From positions 256,001-320,000 of the forward strand of contig CAVXTM010000001.1 of assembly GCA_963764725.1 (NCBI GenBank): a stretch of 64,000 bases of DNA, in the 5' to 3' direction. The notes under the pieces are model-generated. The model was not told the DNA's origin and did no database searches. It saw nothing but the letters and a program-made list of their open reading frames with translations. Source of the DNA: an uncultured Gammaproteobacteria bacterium. Lineage in GTDB: Bacteria; Pseudomonadota; Gammaproteobacteria; JACCXJ01. This document shows, in pieces, positions 62,964 through 64,000 of the stretch; within the stretch, counting starts at the first letter, position 1; each line of letters opens with the position of its first letter. The position numbers and the translations under genes were made by a program.

Positions 62964-63875
62964 TTATACGGCCGGCGATGGACGCATGAAGTTGATCGGC
63001 AATTCCACTTCGTCCTTGAAACTAACGAGCTCCCACGCTGTTTTATCTCCCAACAACTTCCGAAGCAACCGATTGTTCAATGCATGTCCTGACTTGTGGC
63101 CATGAAATGCCCCGATAAGGCTGTGACCCAATAAGTAAAGATCCCCGATGGCGTCCAGAATCTTATGTTTTACAAACTCGTCTTCATAGCGCAGACCGTC
63201 TTCGTTTAGCACGCGGTAATCGTCAACGACGACGGCATTGCTGAGGTTCCCTCCCAACACCAAATTCATTTCGCGCAGCATCTCGACCTCCTTCAGGAAT
63301 CCAAAGGTGCGCGCGCGGCTGACTTCTTTTACGAACGAGGTGGTCGAAAAGTCGACCTCCGCGAACTTGCACGACTCGCGAAAAAATGGATGATCGAACT
63401 CGATGGAGAATGACACTTTAAAACCGTCGAAAGGCTCAAATTTTGCCCATTTATCCCCATCTTCGACCGCAAGCTTGCGTTTGATGCGAATAAACCGTTT
63501 CGAGGCGTTCTGTTCCTCAATACCGGAAGACTGTAGCAGAAAGACAAACGGCCCCGCGCTCCCGTCCATGATCGGAACCTCGGGCGCACTGACATCGACA
63601 TAGGCGTTATCGATACCGAGGCCGGCGAACGCAGACAGCAAGTGCTCCACGGTGGAAATACGCACCTCACCCCTGGCAAGGCTGGTCGATAGCTGGGTAT
63701 CGCCGACGTTCTCGGCGCGCGCCCGGATTTCCACCGGTGGATTGAGATCCGTGCGGCGAAAGATAATCCCAGAGTTTGCCGCGGCGGGGCGTAGTGTCAC
63801 TAAAACCTTCTTCCCGGTGTGTAAGCCTACCCCAGTGGCGCGAATGACATTTTTGAGAGTGCGTTGTTTTATCAT
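62964..63875 (-). CDS. lpxC: UDP-3-O-acyl-GlcNAc deacetylase
   Basis: [32 protein letters not shown]. Confidence 0.97.
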   Translation of the reverse strand: MIKQRTLKNVIRATGVGLHTGKKVLVTLRPAAANSGIIFRRTDLNPPVEIRARAENVGDTQLSTSLARGEVRISTVEHLLSAFAGLGIDNAYVDVSAPEVPIMDGSAGPFVFLLQSSGIEEQNASKRFIRIKRKLAVEDGDKWAKFEPFDGFKVSFSIEFDHPFFRESCKFAEVDFSTTSFVKEVSRARTFGFLKEVEMLREMNLVLGGNLSNAVVVDDYRVLNEDGLRYEDEFVKHKILDAIGDLYLLGHSLIGAFHGHKSGHALNNRLLRKLLGDKTAWELVSFKDEVELPINFMRPSPAV

Positions 63876-63959
63876 CTCCCCCTCGCTCCTCAATAGTTAT
63901 CGCAAGTCTAACATGCGTTACCGCAATGCAACAAAAATGCCCCCCGTGTCATGAAAGCC

Positions 63960-64000
63960 TTAATCCGCCTGCCGTCTTAAGAAGGCCGGTATGTCAAGAT
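63960..64000 (-). CDS. ftsZ: FtsZ C-terminal end (partial)
   Basis: LDIPAFLRRQAD* immediately upstream of lpxC. Confidence 0.9.
   Translation of the reverse strand, partial: LDIPAFLRRQAD

Overview
Chromosomal window of a Gammaproteobacterium (inferred from the gene orders ftsZ-lpxC-dciA-secA-argJ-mutT, pilBCD-coaE-zapD-yacG, rpoN-hpf-ptsN-hprK-rapZ-EIIA-HPr-EI-mgtE and rpiA/ilvA). The right half is mostly housekeeping and the left 26 kb is accessory. It contains: (i) a sulfur-starvation locus (CysB-like boxes, oscA/yezD, two covarying tandem hairpins, a frameshifted OprO/P-type porin, sbp, an unannotated 53-aa membrane peptide, a TOBE protein, a fully degenerate EAL protein, an in-frame cysT-cysW fusion, cysA); (ii) a GC-rich operon of P-type H+-ATPase, PPK2, a truncated K+ channel and SulP, downstream of a cNMP-PP2C phosphatase; (iii) a mer operon; (iv) tRNA-Leu(CAA) surrounded by an IS1182 remnant and an integrase-less integron cassette remnant (hicAB, DUF1772) whose attC sites were hit by IS5-like MITEs; (v) pqqBCDE without pqqA. 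Further right are decayed porin and SHOCT pseudogenes and a dead IS10-like element with a recognisable target duplication. No CRISPR array, rRNA, integrase or reverse transcriptase was seen. All calls come from reading the sequence and recalled family motifs; no database search was run.
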